DNA of 64,000 nucleotides, from the NCBI GenBank assembly GCA_964016885.1, contig OZ024742.1, positions 316,572,001 through 316,636,000 of the forward strand. The letters are read 5' to 3'. Under the pieces are notes generated by a model, which saw only the letters and a program-made list of their open reading frames with translations, was not told the origin of the DNA and did no database searches. This document shows positions 1 to 18,488 of the stretch, piece after piece (position 1 is the stretch's first letter; every line of letters begins with the position of its first letter). This DNA comes from Eledone cirrhosa (taxonomy: Eukaryota). Both the position numbers and the translations under genes were made by a program.

Positions 1-482
1 TGACTTTTGGGATGCTCCCATACAGCTCTGAGTTTTTCATCCTCAGTGTATACTGATTAATGTTCAGAGCCATCCTCAGCATTCTCGTGTAGCACCCATC
101 CACCATCTGAGTGAGTTTCTTGGTCAGTGTCCAAGTCTCAGACCCATACAGCAGCACAGACTCCACTACAGCAATGAAGAGGCGGATTTTCAGGTCTCTA
201 CGAAGGTCCGACTTCCACACCGATCTCAAGCTGTGGCACGCCGCCCAGGCCTTGCTCTTCCTCTAAACCACATCATCTTCCGTATTCCCAATCTTTGCAC
301 CCAAATAAAGGAAGTCCTCAACCAATTCCAGCGGCTTCCCGCCTACATTAGTGATCCCCTCTGGCCTCTCAACATTCTCTACCAGATATTTTGTTTTAGT
401 CTCATTCATTCTCAGCCCCACACTCAGCGACACAGTCGCAACCTCCCGCTTCAAATCCTCTGCCCCCTTCACTGTATTTGTC
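1..482 (-). mobile_element. RTE-clade LINE fragment (RT C-terminal region), 5'-truncated against (TA)n and running off the window edge
   Basis: Minus strand translates as ...[11 protein letters not shown]...[11 protein letters not shown]...*RKSKAWAACHSLRSVWKS...KIRLFIAVVESVLLYGSETWTLTKK...RMLRMALNI. The LLYGSETW motif is typical of RTE LINEs. One in-frame stop. Same family as 62728-63301. Confidence 0.85.
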
Positions 483-2825
<2,343 letters not shown>

Positions 2826-3569
2826 TTAGCAGCCGAAATTCTTCAAAAAACTAGGCCTAAGTATTACCTACGAACTGAACCATAAGAAGGTAAACTTTCT
2901 AGATGTGACTCTAAATCTAAATACGGGATTAATAGAACCTTCCACAAAAATAATGAAAATCTTGCCTACATTAGTTACAACTCAAACCACCCCAAATCCA
3001 TAATTAGATCCATAGCACGTAGTATATCCCTCCGAATATCCCGCTTATCCTATAACCTAGAAATCTTTAACGAACATGCTGACTATTATAATGCAGCATT
3101 ACGTAGGGCCGGTCATAAAGATAAACTGCAGTATATAGTGAATAAAGACAACGTAAACAATCCTAGTAACTACTACACCAACCGCTCACACAATAATAGA
3201 AATAGCTGGATTAGACATAGGGTTAGGCACATAGCACCTGGAGTGAACGGTCAAAACACTAATAACGTAAACCCAAGAAACAATAGAAGAAACAGACAAA
3301 GAAAATACCTATGGTTCAACCCAATCTTCAACTCCTCTATAAAAACTAGACTGCCCTCGACATTCTTTAAACTAATAGATAAACACTTCCCTATCTCACA
3401 TAGATATCACAAAATACTCAATAGATTTACTATAAAACTCTCATACTCGACAGCAGAAAATATAGAATCACACATACGCAGGATCAACCACAGAAATATC
3501 TCTAGTAAATCAACCGCACCTATGCATAACGTAACACCAAATTATAAGCATAAACACTTCACAACATCA

Positions 3570-3570
<1 letters not shown>
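2826..3570 (+). pseudogene. Inverted internal piece of the same Naiad-like PLE (RT thumb/linker)
   Basis: Reads LGLSITYELNHKKVNFLDVTLNLNTGLIEPFHK...SNHPKSII...RKYLWFNPIFN...KHFPISHRYHKILNRFTIKLSYSTAENI, collinear with the 772-aa ORF (NFLDVTFNL...SNHP...WYNP...KHFP..H.Y.KILN..TI.LSYS). Confidence 0.85.
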
Positions 3571-5145
<1,575 letters not shown>

Positions 5146-5153
5146 ATATATAT

Positions 5154-5246
<93 letters not shown>

Positions 5247-5248
<2 letters not shown>

Positions 5249-5466
5249 GTACATACATATATGTATACAGACGTACTGTAGTATGTATATATATACATAC
5301 ATGCACACATATATACATGCACGTATCGGTTTACCGAACATTTATTATAATGCTCGGTTTGTTTGTAAACAAACAAACAGCCCGAATTACGCCGTACTGT
5401 GTTTAGGCAACCACGTCACCTTTTTGTTCAACACTGACACAGGAATGATGTACTAGTTTCAATCAT
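5247..5466 (-). mobile_element. Non-autonomous PLE-type repeat fragment (family also at 893-990, 41330-41715 and 49505-49685)
   Basis: Shared CAGACGTAC(T/A)GTAGTATG...TTTACCGA sequence. The reverse complement starts with a hammerhead 3' half (GAAA-ctag-TA) at ~5450-5460. Confidence 0.6.
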
Positions 5467-5577
5467 ATATATATATATATATATATATATAGGTAAGTTA
5501 TTCCGGGTTGAATCGGAGGTAACCACAGTAAGTAAGGTACTCAATACATAGCAGCGTATAAAGGTTTTAATATAGAT

Positions 5578-5630
5578 GAGATTCTACAGGACTAGAACTG
5601 TTTTATTCTTTAGAAATCATCAGGAATCTC
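5578..5630 (-). ncRNA. Type I hammerhead with a G12A lesion
   Basis: Reverse complement: gagattc-CTGATGA-tttctaaagaat-AAAA-cag-ttctagtc-ctg-TA-gaatctc. The sister copy at ~6290 retains GAAA. Confidence 0.65.
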
Positions 5631-5954
5631 GCGAGAATCGCATTTCGGCGGGTAGAAAAAGCGAAACGCAACGCAAATTCAGAGTGAAATTTCGTATTTC
5701 TAAAGAAATATGGTATGATTATGGAGAAACAGATAGCAAGCCGTAGCTATGCAAAACACCGGGGCTATCACCCTCTGGTGGTGTCCAACAGAAGCAAGCT
5801 ATGCATGTAGCTAGATCCTTATTCTATTCTATTATAAGTTTAGCCAACTTATGCAGCTTCATATGCAAATGAGATTAATCACCTCATTTACACAGACGAG
5901 AAAACCATATATTCTCGTCTGTTTTCAAGTCTAGCAGTCACAAGAGTGGGAGGG

Positions 5955-5998
5955 ATCGTTCTGATGAGAACCAGTTAAGTTAGAAATGCATTGACGAT
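5955..5998 (+). ncRNA. Minimal type I hammerhead
   Basis: atcgtt-CTGATGA-g-aac-cagttaa-gtt-a-GAAA-tgca-TT-gacgat. Palindromic ATGCAT stem III. Confidence 0.7.
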
Positions 5999-6334
5999 TG
6001 TCTCCCTTGCTTCTGCTGGAGACCATCAGAGGATGATAGCCCCGTTGTTTTTCATAGCTACAGCTTTCTAAATGTTTATCCATAAACATACCGTATTTCT
6101 TTAGAAATATGAAATTTCAATACATATCTGTATACAGCTATGCATGAAGCTAAATCTTAATTCTCTCTCTCCCTATATATATATTTGTGTGTGTATGTGT
6201 ATCCCGGGTTCACCGGGGGTAAACATAGTAAGTAAGGAACTCAATACATAATAGAGTATATAATGATTAATATAGAAATGACTTCGAATGAAACAGTTCT
6301 AGCCCTGTAGAAACCATTTCTAAATTAACCCCCT

Positions 6335-6454
<120 letters not shown>

Positions 6455-6717
6455 GTGTGTGTGTTGTATGTGTGTACGTACATGCACGTATATCCATTTT
6501 TTAATTCTTATTCTATCTTCTGATAACGGACAAGGGGTCGAAACGTTAAGATTATTTTCTTGTTTAAAGCGTTGAAGTAAAGTACTGTGAAGCCTTTAGT
6601 GTATGACGTAACTGAATAAAATGTATGTATCCTTATACATTGTATTTGAGCGTATATATGTGTGTGTGAGTGTGGGTTTATGATTGAGAAATGACTTCAG
6701 CAAAGACAACAGTTTAA

Positions 6718-6786
6718 AGAAGAAGAAGAAGAAGAAGAAGAAGAAGAAGAAGAAGAAGAAGAAGAAGAAGAAGAAGAAGAAGAAGC
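6718..6786. repeat. (AAG)n microsatellite
   Basis: Direct reading. Confidence 0.95.
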
Positions 6787-6900
6787 ATTGTAAAATGTAG
6801 AAAAAATGAAGAATTTAACTTCAAAGATTTGCATAGAACAAAATGTTGCATCAGAGAAAAAAAAATCAAGAAAGAGAACTTATTTCAAACCCATCAGTAA

Positions 6901-8119
<1,219 letters not shown>

Positions 8120-9168
8120 GTGTTATCAGTGACTAACTATATATTGTGTATTATTGACTACGCTCAAGTAGCTATATACTACAGGAAAAAGAATTTAAGA
8201 ATTTGTAATATGAATGAATGTTTCGGCATAGATAACACGAAACACAGAGCAACAAACAATAGACATGCTTTGTTAATAATATTTTCTTTATTCCACACAA
8301 ATACACCAAGTAAAACTTATAAATGAGAGATAGCAAGATTGTGTAAGTGTTATATGCTAACCCATTGTAATATATATGCATGTAAAATAACACGCCATTA
8401 ATAAGATTACTATACAGAGTGTTCACAGATTCAAGAAATATTCTTATTGTGAAGAACCACTATGAGAGAGTCTCTGAGTTATCACGTGATTACACCCATG
8501 TTAAACATAGAAACCAACCATTACTCAAGTCCTGTCTTAATGACCTAAGAAGGAACGATTGGATATCATAGTCCCTGATAAACATAAAGACATGGTAGTC
8601 ACGACAGTGACGCATATTTATCACTGGTCTTCTTCGTTAAGGCTTACCTGTGGGTTAGGCAATAATAAACAACAACATAGTCACTCATAATGTGTTCTAT
8701 AGTATGCTGGTATCGAACTGCTGAAACATTCCAATGTTTTCGTATTATAGCTTCGGTTTCAGAACCTATACTTTGCACACATACACACTATGTCATTACT
8801 GATCAACAAATTCACATCTTCAAATATCGTGTTCAGTTTTAAATCTAACGTCCCGAAATTTACTAATTAGCAATGAACATGGTAATGTAGAGATAAAGCA
8901 GCAGTGTATCACATACATCTCCCGACTTAATTTGCATTGCTGTTACAAACTACATTATGTACAACGTAAATAACGCCAACCATCTTAGTATTGCCTGAAA
9001 GATAAGCAATACTAGCAGATATACAGTTTCTAGGAACTATGCTTGGTTAGGCTTTGAAACCTTAGGTAGTGGGCAGCTGTGATAAGAATTTATTTATAAT
9101 ACACACACACACAAACATACACATACACACACACATACATACACATACACACACACACACGCAGACAC

Positions 9169-9201
<33 letters not shown>

Positions 9202-9260
9202 CTGTATATATATATACTGTATATATATATATACTGTATATATATACATATATATATATA

Positions 9261-9343
<83 letters not shown>

Positions 9344-9945
9344 GCATTCATTATAGCTGTTGACATCTTGGAATAAGGACACAACTGAAAATTGGTCTAA
9401 GGAGATAATCCATATAAAGTTAACCCTAGAAATGATTTTCGAGGATTAAACAAACTAGTTTTGAATAAGATCATATGTGATTCCCTTGATCACAATTAAT
9501 TCACGGGGACGGTATTTGATACATCCAGAAGTGTACGTAGTCATGTTTGTATAATGATATTCCCCTATATGTATTTTTTCTCTCGGAGGAGAATGAACTG
9601 TGATCTTATAAACACATCTTCTTCTATAGATGGACTATATTAAATGTATTTAGTAACAACACTTTGAATATTCGAGGACATATCTCATTGGAAACGCTTG
9701 TAAGATAATAAATATGGTTCTTTGATGAAAGACAATTAATTTTTACATTAATACTTTTGTCTATATTCGCTCTGCATTTATATGTATAACCACACTTCCA
9801 GGCTAATATTTATTGTTCTTCGAACTTTTATATATATTGTATAAACGTATTGATCTATTCGTTTCTCTTAAAAGCTGGCAATTATATTCTGTAAGTTTAA
9901 TTCTCTACTCTGCTTTGAGATCGAGCATATCTAATGCTGGACAGA

Positions 9946-10018
9946 TTATAAAAGGGTCAAAGAAATGGATAATAAAAGGGTCAAAGAAATGGATTATAAA
10001 AGGGTAAAAGAAATGGAT
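9946..10018. repeat. 24-bp minisatellite, about 3 copies
   Basis: (T/A)ATAAAAGGGTCAAAGAAATGGAT repeated. Confidence 0.85.
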
Positions 10019-10322
10019 AGAAAGTAAGGAATAAGTGATGAAATATAGGGATAGAAGATAAAAGTGAACGGGAGGCAAGAGAAAAGAAAAAAAAAGATAA
10101 AAGAGAAAGTGTGGGAAGTAACGGGTAGCGGATGGGAAATAAAAGCAAACATAAGATAAAATGGCGAGATAAAAAAGTAATAAATATGTAATCAAAAGTA
10201 AAAATGAAAATGAATAACAAAAAAATATAAAAAAATATAAACTATATATATATATATATATATATGGTTAATTTCTTTAAGCAAACTTCAATACTCTCAT
10301 ATATATATATTTATATATATTT

Positions 10323-10605
10323 AAAAACAAATAACGAAACGAAATTAAATTTCGTTTCGCTTCTAACTCACTTTTGTATGACTGACGCTTAAACAATTAA
10401 GTTAAAGTGTACATCTACATATGTATACGGAAGTATTAGTATGCATATAAATACACACATGTATACATATGTACATGTACTCAGCTTTCCACTAGACACT
10501 TTACAGTGAGTGTCAGCTAGTCTGTATGTAACCACACAGGCGGACCGGGTTTTAGAGTCATACGAGTTTTCAAGGAAACACATTTCCTCTATTCTCCAGA
10601 GGGCC
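10323..10605 (-). mobile_element. Diverged partial copy of the 466-bp hammerhead repeat family
   Basis: Matches 17419-17700 (AAAACAAATAACGAAACGAAATTAAATTTCGTTTCG...CTCTATTCTCCAGA). Truncated before the HHR. Confidence 0.85.
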
Positions 10606-10750
10606 ATTACTACCATTATTTGATAAATGAATACTCCGTCACGCAATATTACCTACCTGGGATAAACTACTGACATGTAGTGCTTTGGTTCGCTAGGACC
10701 AGCTTATCGTCAAGAAGTTACTATGTAACAACTAAGATAAACAACATTCT

Positions 10751-10803
<53 letters not shown>

Positions 10804-10989
10804 ACGCAGAATGCAGTAGCCGAACAAAGAGTATTTGACATATATTTTCGCATTCTAACGACACTGCATGTCCTTGTATATCAGATCTATGCTTATGAGC
10901 TCTAATATTTGTTTATTACAGAGTAAATAATATGAGTTGAATTTTACTATATAGATCTCTTCTTCGCCCATTTATTCCTGAAAGAGTTC

Positions 10990-11697
10990 TCAAACACTCC
11001 TACCAGCGGGTCCTGTCAGAAGCTGGCACATTACTACACATGCTCCTGCAATTCTTGCACTTAATTCACTCGTGAACACGGCCCAGAGTTACTTGAACTT
11101 CTCCACCTGCTTCAGTGGAACTCCATTTACACGTAGAGTGCACTAGGCAGGCCTCCATGAGAGGACGAGTGTCCCGGTTTTCGCAGCACTGATTTCCATT
11201 CCACCATTCGGAATCAAACCTATCAAGTGCATGTCGGAAATCACCTTCTTCGAGCCAAAAAACACCAAGTCGTCTGCAAATTCCAGTCGACTGATTTTAC
11301 ACCCGCCAGTCACGATACCTCTTCCAACCCGACTGCCCATGTCAATCATGTTAATGTAAATAATGAGCAAGAGAGCTGACAATACGCACCCTTGGAGGAG
11401 TCCGACTTCTACATTGAATGGTTTCGATTTAGAATCATTTATCCGAACACAAATAGTCGGGCATTCGTATTGAGACATCGGGGTAGCAAGAAGCTAACCA
11501 TCGATCCCATAGTCCTGCACAGCTTTCCACAGCAGGTCCAAGGAACACGGTCATATTCCTTTTCAATTGCCTGGTAAAGAAATGCAGGGTGATTGTTGAA
11601 ACCATACTAGTTGATGAACAGTGCGCTTTTCGCCCCAGACACAAAATATTCACACTAAAACAGGTCTTCGAGAAATCGTAGGAATATTGCCAAGACA
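10990..11697 (-). mobile_element. Degenerate RTE LINE RT fragment with inverted 5' segment
   Basis: Minus strand: EKEYDRVP...SKPFNVEVGLLQGCVLSALL...LEFADDLV. Plus strand ~11580-11697: VDEQCAFRP..IFTLKQVFEKS*EY, the RT segment immediately upstream. Confidence 0.8.
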
Positions 11698-13147
11698 TAT
11701 ATTATATAGATATATAATTTTAAACGAAAACAGTAACAAAAAGTGTGAGTGGGAGAGTGAAAGCGAGTGAGAGGGAGAGTGAAAGCGAGTGAGAGAGCGA
11801 GAAAGAGAGAGAGGGAGAGTGAAAGAGAGTCAGAGAGCGAGAAAGAGAGAGGGAGAGGGAAGCAAGTGAGAGAGCGAGAAAGAGAAAGAGGGAGAGTGTA
11901 TATATTTGTATGGCAGCGTGAGTCATTTAACAATTCAATAAAACTGGTTTACTAGTTGCAACTCTTGACATCTATTTACAAACATGTTTCTTATAAATGA
12001 ATAAGTAATAGTTTAAGCGTCTGAACAAACTCTAGACATTGCCTATAAATTCCGAAATATAATTTAGAAATATTGCTATAAAGAATAGATACCCGTCTTA
12101 AACTATATAATCTATAATGTGACTTCACTTTTTTAAGATGATGTAGCTTGAGGGAGTGTTAGCTGCTCTTTATTGCAAGGCAATGTATCTCATAGATTGT
12201 TGTATGAACAGACATAGCTTAATAGCTTATTGTGAGTTAGATAACTGTTTATGAACTTGAAATACTGAACAAGGAGAAAGAACACACTGTTCCATTCTGG
12301 TGGTATGATTTCAGTGATGCTACTTGACATTAACACGTTGATTGAAGGCTTATGTCATAAAGGTATAATAATTATAATAATTTCTTACAGGAACATTCAC
12401 GTAATTAAATGTTATATAGCATTCATTAGAAGAAAATGCAACATACTATCCTAAAACAATACAAAATGGTTCAAATGTCTTATCAATGCCTGGGCTTTTA
12501 TATATATCGTTTGTAAGAAATAAGTTGTTTTATTATTGAATATTCAGAGAAAAATATGAATACAATACTGATAGATTCATACATCAGAAACTGCAATACC
12601 AATGGACTATAAAATATGCAATATATGCAATATATTTATGCATATATATGCGATTTTTGATCATCTTAACACATCCCTCAAATGAATTCGACGTGACATT
12701 GTGTGAGAAAGGGGAATCTTTTAAATACAAGGAAAGTCCATTCATCTGGGCGACTTTCCTCATAAGTTTTGAGTAGAAACAAACTAATTATGTGATTAAT
12801 GAAGGCATTGGGATGAATAAATATATGTATCTCTAAAATGAATGTACTTTAGTATAAATGAATAAACACACATACAAAAATAGTGATACATAACAATAAA
12901 CATTACAAAAGCATAGATATTTGCCAGCATCAAAATGTAAAAATTTGTATAACTGCTCATCTATGATATACAATTTGAGAGGAAAGCATAGTTAGTACTT
13001 ACAGATTAATCTAAATGAATTTTTGATAATTTTAAAATGGGTTTAAAGTAATAATCTAAGATTACAGAAGTAGATTTCTGGAAATAAATTTAGAAAGTTT
13101 TGATGTAATAAAAGAACTGTGTATAGTTATTCAGTCGATGAAAAACA

Positions 13148-13180
<33 letters not shown>

Positions 13181-13272
13181 GACGACGACTACATTAGTTT
13201 AGGTGCAGTTGGAACTGCTTGTCTTATCTGATCTTCATAAAATGTCTCTTTCGACATCATTAAGATTTGCAG

Positions 13273-13453
13273 GGTGGATTGGCAGTATCGGTAGAGGGTC
13301 GGACGCCATGCTTTCCAGCATAGTTACGTCCCTTTACGATCTGAGTTCAAATCCCGCCGAGGTTGACTTTGCCTTTCATCCTTACGGGGTCGATAAAATA
13401 AAGTACCAGTAATAAACTGGGTAATTGCTGGCCTTGTGCCTAAAGTAGAAACA
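13273..13453 (+). mobile_element. tRNA-derived SINE with 14-bp TSD
   Basis: A-box-like TGGCAGTATCGG, B-box GAGTTCAAATCC, core TTTGCCTTTCATCCTTACGGGGTCGATAAAATAAAGTACCAG. TSD ATTAAGATTTGCAG. Confidence 0.9.
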
Positions 13454-13492
13454 ATTAAGATTTGCAGATCGTTTAACATATGTGGCATTAAT

Positions 13493-13677
13493 AATTGTTT
13501 CTACTTTTGGCACAAGGCCAGCAGTTATCCCAGTGTATTACTGGTACTTTATTTTATCGCCCCCATAAGGATGAAAGGCAAAGTTAACCTAGGCGGGATT
13601 TGAACTCAGAATGTCAAGGGCCGTAACTCTATGCGTCAAATCATGGCTTCCGACCCTCTACCGATACTGCCAATCCT
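13493..13677 (-). mobile_element. Same SINE family, inverted relative to its neighbour
   Basis: Reverse complement of the SINE at 13273. Confidence 0.9.
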
Positions 13678-13808
13678 AATAATGGCGAACTTGTATGTAT
13701 GTTTTATAGTCAGTAGGAAGTTTACCTAGTGTGTGCTCTTGTGTGAGATTGAAGTCCAGCCTCTGACAGGCGAATTTTGACACAAACTCTACACACACAC
13801 ACACACAG

Positions 13809-13890
<82 letters not shown>

Positions 13891-13970
13891 ATGAGTGAAG
13901 ACTAACGTGGTCGGCTATACAATAGGGTTTATTCAAAGCATTAACAATTGTTTCATTTGTCCGGTGTGTC

Positions 13971-14005
<35 letters not shown>

Positions 14006-14007
<2 letters not shown>

Positions 14008-15767
14008 AGGGAGGCGCCGTGGTGGTGAGGCGCGCGGACCTCTACACGGCCGAAGCCCTCAGGCAGCTCTGTAACCCCCTCTTCTACCGCCCTCTACCCT
14101 CCGATCCCACCCTCTCTACGAACAACAAGTCTCCTCCACCATCAAAGACCTTATCGCCTCCTCCCTCCTCCCCCCCACCACTTCCCACCTCATCGTCCGC
14201 ACCCCCCGCACCCCACCATCTACTTCCTCCCCAAACTCCACAAACCCGACAACCCCGGCCGCCCCATCGTCTCCGCTTGCAACTGCCCCACCGAACTCAT
14301 CTCCGCCTTTCTCGACTCCATCCTCGCCCCCCCCCTTGTCACCACCCTCCCCTCCCACATCTCTGACACCAACCACGCCCTGCGCCTTTTCGACTCCTTC
14401 ACCTACCCACCCGGCCCACAGCCCTTCCTCTTCACCCTAGACATCAAGTCCCTCTATACCGTCATCCTCCACGCCGACGGCCTACGGGCCTTCAAACACT
14501 ACCTCGACCTTCGCCCCTCCCCCATTCCCTCCAGCCCACCCTCCTTCGCCTCGCCGAGCTGGTCCTCACCCTCAATTGTTTCTCCTTCTCGGGTGAGTTT
14601 TACCAACAGGTCACGGGGGTAGCCATGGGTACAAGAATGGGCCCGAACTATGCCAACCTTTTTGTTGGCCATGTAGAGGCCCAAATCTTTGCCCAGTACA
14701 CCGGCCCCACGCCCGAACTGTACGGTCGTTACATTGACGACTGTATCGGAGCCACGACCCTCACCCGAGAACAGCTCGACTCCTTTCTCTCCTTCTTCTG
14801 CTCCTTCCACCCCTCCCTCCACTTCACCACCTCTATCTCCACCACCCACGTCCACTTCTTAGATATATCCGTCGCCTTCAACCCCTCCCACCACTCCCTC
14901 GTCACCTCCGCCTTCTTCAAACCCACCGACTCCCACTCTTACCTCGACTTCACCTCTTCCCACCCCACCCACATTAAACACTCCATTCCCTACTCCCAAC
15001 TCCTCAGGATCCGCCGCCTCTGTAGCCGAGATGCTGACTTCGAGTCCCAGGCCCTTTCCCTAGTCAGCCATTTCATCCGCAGAGGTTACCCCCCTCTCTC
15101 GTCCACACCGCTCTCACCCGCGCCCGTGCTGTCCACCGCTCCACCACCCTCACCCCACGCCACCGCACACCCACCCACCGTCTCCCCTTACTCATCACAT
15201 ACCACCCCTCCACCTTACCCCTCCACCGCACCATCCGCCGCCTCTTCCGACGCCTCCAGTCCGACCCCTCCACCTCCCACATCTTCCCAACCCCACCACT
15301 CCCCTCCTTCAAACGCGCACGCAATCTCCGCACCCTCCTCGTCCACAGCTCCCTACCCCCCAACCCACGCTCTGTTTCCCCCCGCCCCGGTTCCTTTCAC
15401 TGTTCTAGGCCCCGCTGCAACACCTGTCCCCACATCACCAACACCACCACCTTCCAGGGTCCCAACGGCCACTCTCTCTCTGTCCGGCATGCCTTCCGCT
15501 GCACCTCCTCCAACCTATGTCGGACAGACGGGACGTCGCCTGGCGGACCGATTCACTGAGCACCTCCGGGATATTCGTCTCGGTGGTAGTTCCCCCATGG
15601 CCCGCCACTTTGGTGGCCCTGGACATTGCGCACGCCATCTCACAGTCTGTGGCCTACTCCAATGCCACGGAACCCCCGCCAATCGCCTTAGAGTCGAACA
15701 AAGAACTATCTTCATCTTACAGTCCCACACTCCCCCCGGCCTGAACTCCCGACCCTTATTCCTTTAG
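14006..15767 (+). pseudogene. PLE reverse transcriptase + GIY-YIG endonuclease, several frameshifts
   Basis: Motifs are spread over different frames. The GIY half of the nuclease motif appears deleted before YVGQT. Confidence 0.85.
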
Positions 15768-17271
15768 CCTTCGACCGCCCCCTCCCCCCACACTTATCCC
15801 CCACTAACACCACTAACACACCCCTCATTTTCACCGCCCACCCCAAAACTAACAATACTAACACCTCCACTCCACCCCTCATCCGACCACCCTTCCCCAA
15901 CTAACATACTAACATCCCTCCCTTCTTCTCCTCCTCCCCCTCCTCATCACACGCACACACACACCGGCACATATATACACGCGCTCACACTAAACACACA
16001 CCCTACTACCACCACTAACCCTCACCCCCACACCTCCATCCCACCACCCCGCAACTAACCCCACTAACACCGCCTGACCCCAAGCACACGAACACACACA
16101 CCCACTTACACCACCCACTCCACACGCAACTAACATCACTAACACCCCCCCCAACCCCACGCATACGTACCCACACACCCTCGTACACCACCAACTCTAC
16201 ACACCCTACCACCACTAACCCCCACTCACATCTGCATTCAACCCTTCCCCACCTCCCGTATACTAACACCCACTAACACCCCTTCATCAAACTACACACA
16301 CACCAGTACACCACACTCCCTCCATAGAAGTACACACACCCTTCTCCCCCCCCCCTCCACCCACACCCTCGCTCCACACTCACTCATCCCACTAACGCCT
16401 CTACTAATACACACACACACCCTCCTCACTCCAACTTTCACACCTACCCATCCTCGCCCATTTACCATTCCACCGACTGCTGCTAAGCACTCTGACCACC
16501 TCTCAGCACAAACAGACACACAGTACTCCCACTGCTTGACCACTTCCTGTTGCGCGCGCAACCCCACATCTCTCCTCTTCCGACCATCTCTTCATGGAAT
16601 ACTCGTATGTGGAACTTGACCACCACGGAATCTACTAAACATCATAGGAATTTACCAACTTTTCAACCATCCTCTTACGAAATCACCTATATAACTCACC
16701 CACACACACACCCCAAACATTTTTTTTTTCACACGCCACCTACACCCACAACACGCTTAAACCCCACACACACGTGCTTTCCACCACATATTTACACCCT
16801 CAGCCTCCTGATTCCTCTCCTCCCACCCCTCTATCCACACACGCACAGACACTCCGACCTACAACCCCCCCCCCCCCCCCCCCCCACCCCCCACCCCACA
16901 CACCTCTTCCTGAACATGCAACCCCGTTCTTCCCCCAACCCTTAATTTCACATACACACACACACACACACACGTACACCTACACACACACACCACCATC
17001 AGCCCTCCCCGCTCGGACACCCCGTCTCCCTCTCCCCACTCCACCCGCCACCACCCCCTACACCCCACACCCTTCCACCACCTGTTTTACCCCTTTTTAA
17101 TTTCAGTTTATTTTGATCATGCTTTTATATTTAATTTTATTTCATTCCTTGTATTTTGATCATGCTTTATTTTTATTTTTATTTTTAATTTCATTCGCAC
17201 CGTTTCCTTTGCTATATGTCTCTCCACCACTCCCCTACACACCCTTTGAACTCTGTTCCCACACACTTCTC

Positions 17272-17303
17272 ACCTGAAGAAGGGCTTATGCCCGAAACGT
17301 CGT
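17272..17303 (+). ncRNA. Minimal hammerhead motif in PLE pLTR
   Basis: ac-CTGAAGA-a-GGGC-ttat-GCCC-GAAA-cg-TC-gt. Confidence 0.7.
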
Positions 17304-17712
17304 TCCCCACCACCACCCCACTCTCCAGAGCGTGAAATTAATAAATATTCGTTGTACTGCCTCTCTGTTTTGTTCCTGTCCAAATTTTTCCATTATATAT
17401 ATATATATATATATATATAAAAACAAATAACGGAACGAAATTAAATTTCGTTTCGTTTGTAACTCACTTTTGTATGACTGACGCTTAAACAATTAAGTTA
17501 AAAATGTACATCCACATATGTATACTGAAATACTAGTATGCATATGAATACACACACGTATACATATGTAGATGTACCAAGTTTTTCACTGGTCACTTTA
17601 CCGTGAGTGTCCAGCTATTCTGTATGTAAACACACAGACAAACCGGTTTTTAGAGTCATACTGGTTTTTGAGGAAACACCTTTCCTCTATTCTCCAGAAA
17701 GCCAGACAAGGA

Positions 17713-17755
17713 ACATTGAACTAGTTTCGTTGTTGTTACAACTCATCAGCAATAT
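17713..17755 (-). ncRNA. Canonical minimal type I hammerhead
   Basis: Reverse complement of the motif at 18489-18531. Confidence 0.85.
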
Positions 17756-18488
17756 TTACCTATCTACCGGCCTTTCTGGAGAATCGTAAAAGCACATATC
17801 GTTATATGCTTTTTCTATGAAAATTAGTAGTGGGCAGACCAATCTGCATAGAGTGTGAGTACGTACCGGTTCAACGGAGACGATAAAAACAAATAACGAA
17901 ACGAAATTAAATTTCGTTTCGTTTGTAACTCACTTTTGTATGACTGACGCTTAAACAATTAAGTTAAAAATGTACATCCACATATGTATACTGAAATACT
18001 AGTATGCATATGAATACACACACGTATACATATGTAGATGTACCAAGTTTTTCACTGGTCACTTTACCGTGAGTGTCCAGCTATTCTGTATGTAAACACA
18101 CAGACAAACCGGTTTTTAGAGTCATACTGGTTTTTGAGGAAACACCTTTCCTCTATTCTCCAGCTGGACACTCACGGTAAAGTGACCAGTTGAAAACTTG
18201 GTACATCTACATATGTATACGTGTGTGTATTCATATGCATACTAGTATTTCAGTATACATATGTGGATGTACATTTTTAACTTAATTGTTTAAGCGTCAG
18301 TCATACAAAAGTGAGTTACAAACGAAACGAAATTTAATTTCGTTTCGTTATTTGTTTTTATCGTCTCCGTTGAACCGGTACGTACTCACACTCTATGCAG
18401 ATTGGTCTGCCCACTACTAATTTTCATAGAAAAAGCATATAACGATATGTGCTTTTACGATTCTCCAGAAAGGCCGGTAGATAGGTAA

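Larger units (their letters stand above)
5491..6330. mobile_element. Composite of rearranged hammerhead-bearing pLTR-like repeats
   Basis: Diverged direct repeat 5501-5580 vs 6201-6280, diverged inverted repeat ~5684-5798 vs ~6006-6120, two HHR motifs, and a half motif at ~6289-6312. Confidence 0.6.
14006..17392 (+). mobile_element. 5'-truncated, frameshifted Neptune/Poseidon-type PLE in (TA)n
   Basis: KGGAVVV...YFLPKLHKPDNPGRPIVSACNCPTE...TLDIKSLYT...GVAMGTRMGPNYANLFVG...RYIDD...HFLDI...KPTDSHSYL...YVGQTGRRLADRFTEH...GLN. Long C-rich 3' UTR with HHR. (TA)n on both flanks. Confidence 0.9.

Noticed and set aside
6515-6553. Hammerhead-like CTGATAA..GAAACGTT (similar CCGATGC..GAAACGTT at ~62454-62482)
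   Set aside because: The core breaks the 3-8 pair or other invariant bases. Likely dead pLTR remnants, so not called as ribozymes.
17607-17789. 60-aa ORF duplicated in inverted orientation
   Set aside because: Antisense to the hammerhead unit, non-ATG start, no homology evident.
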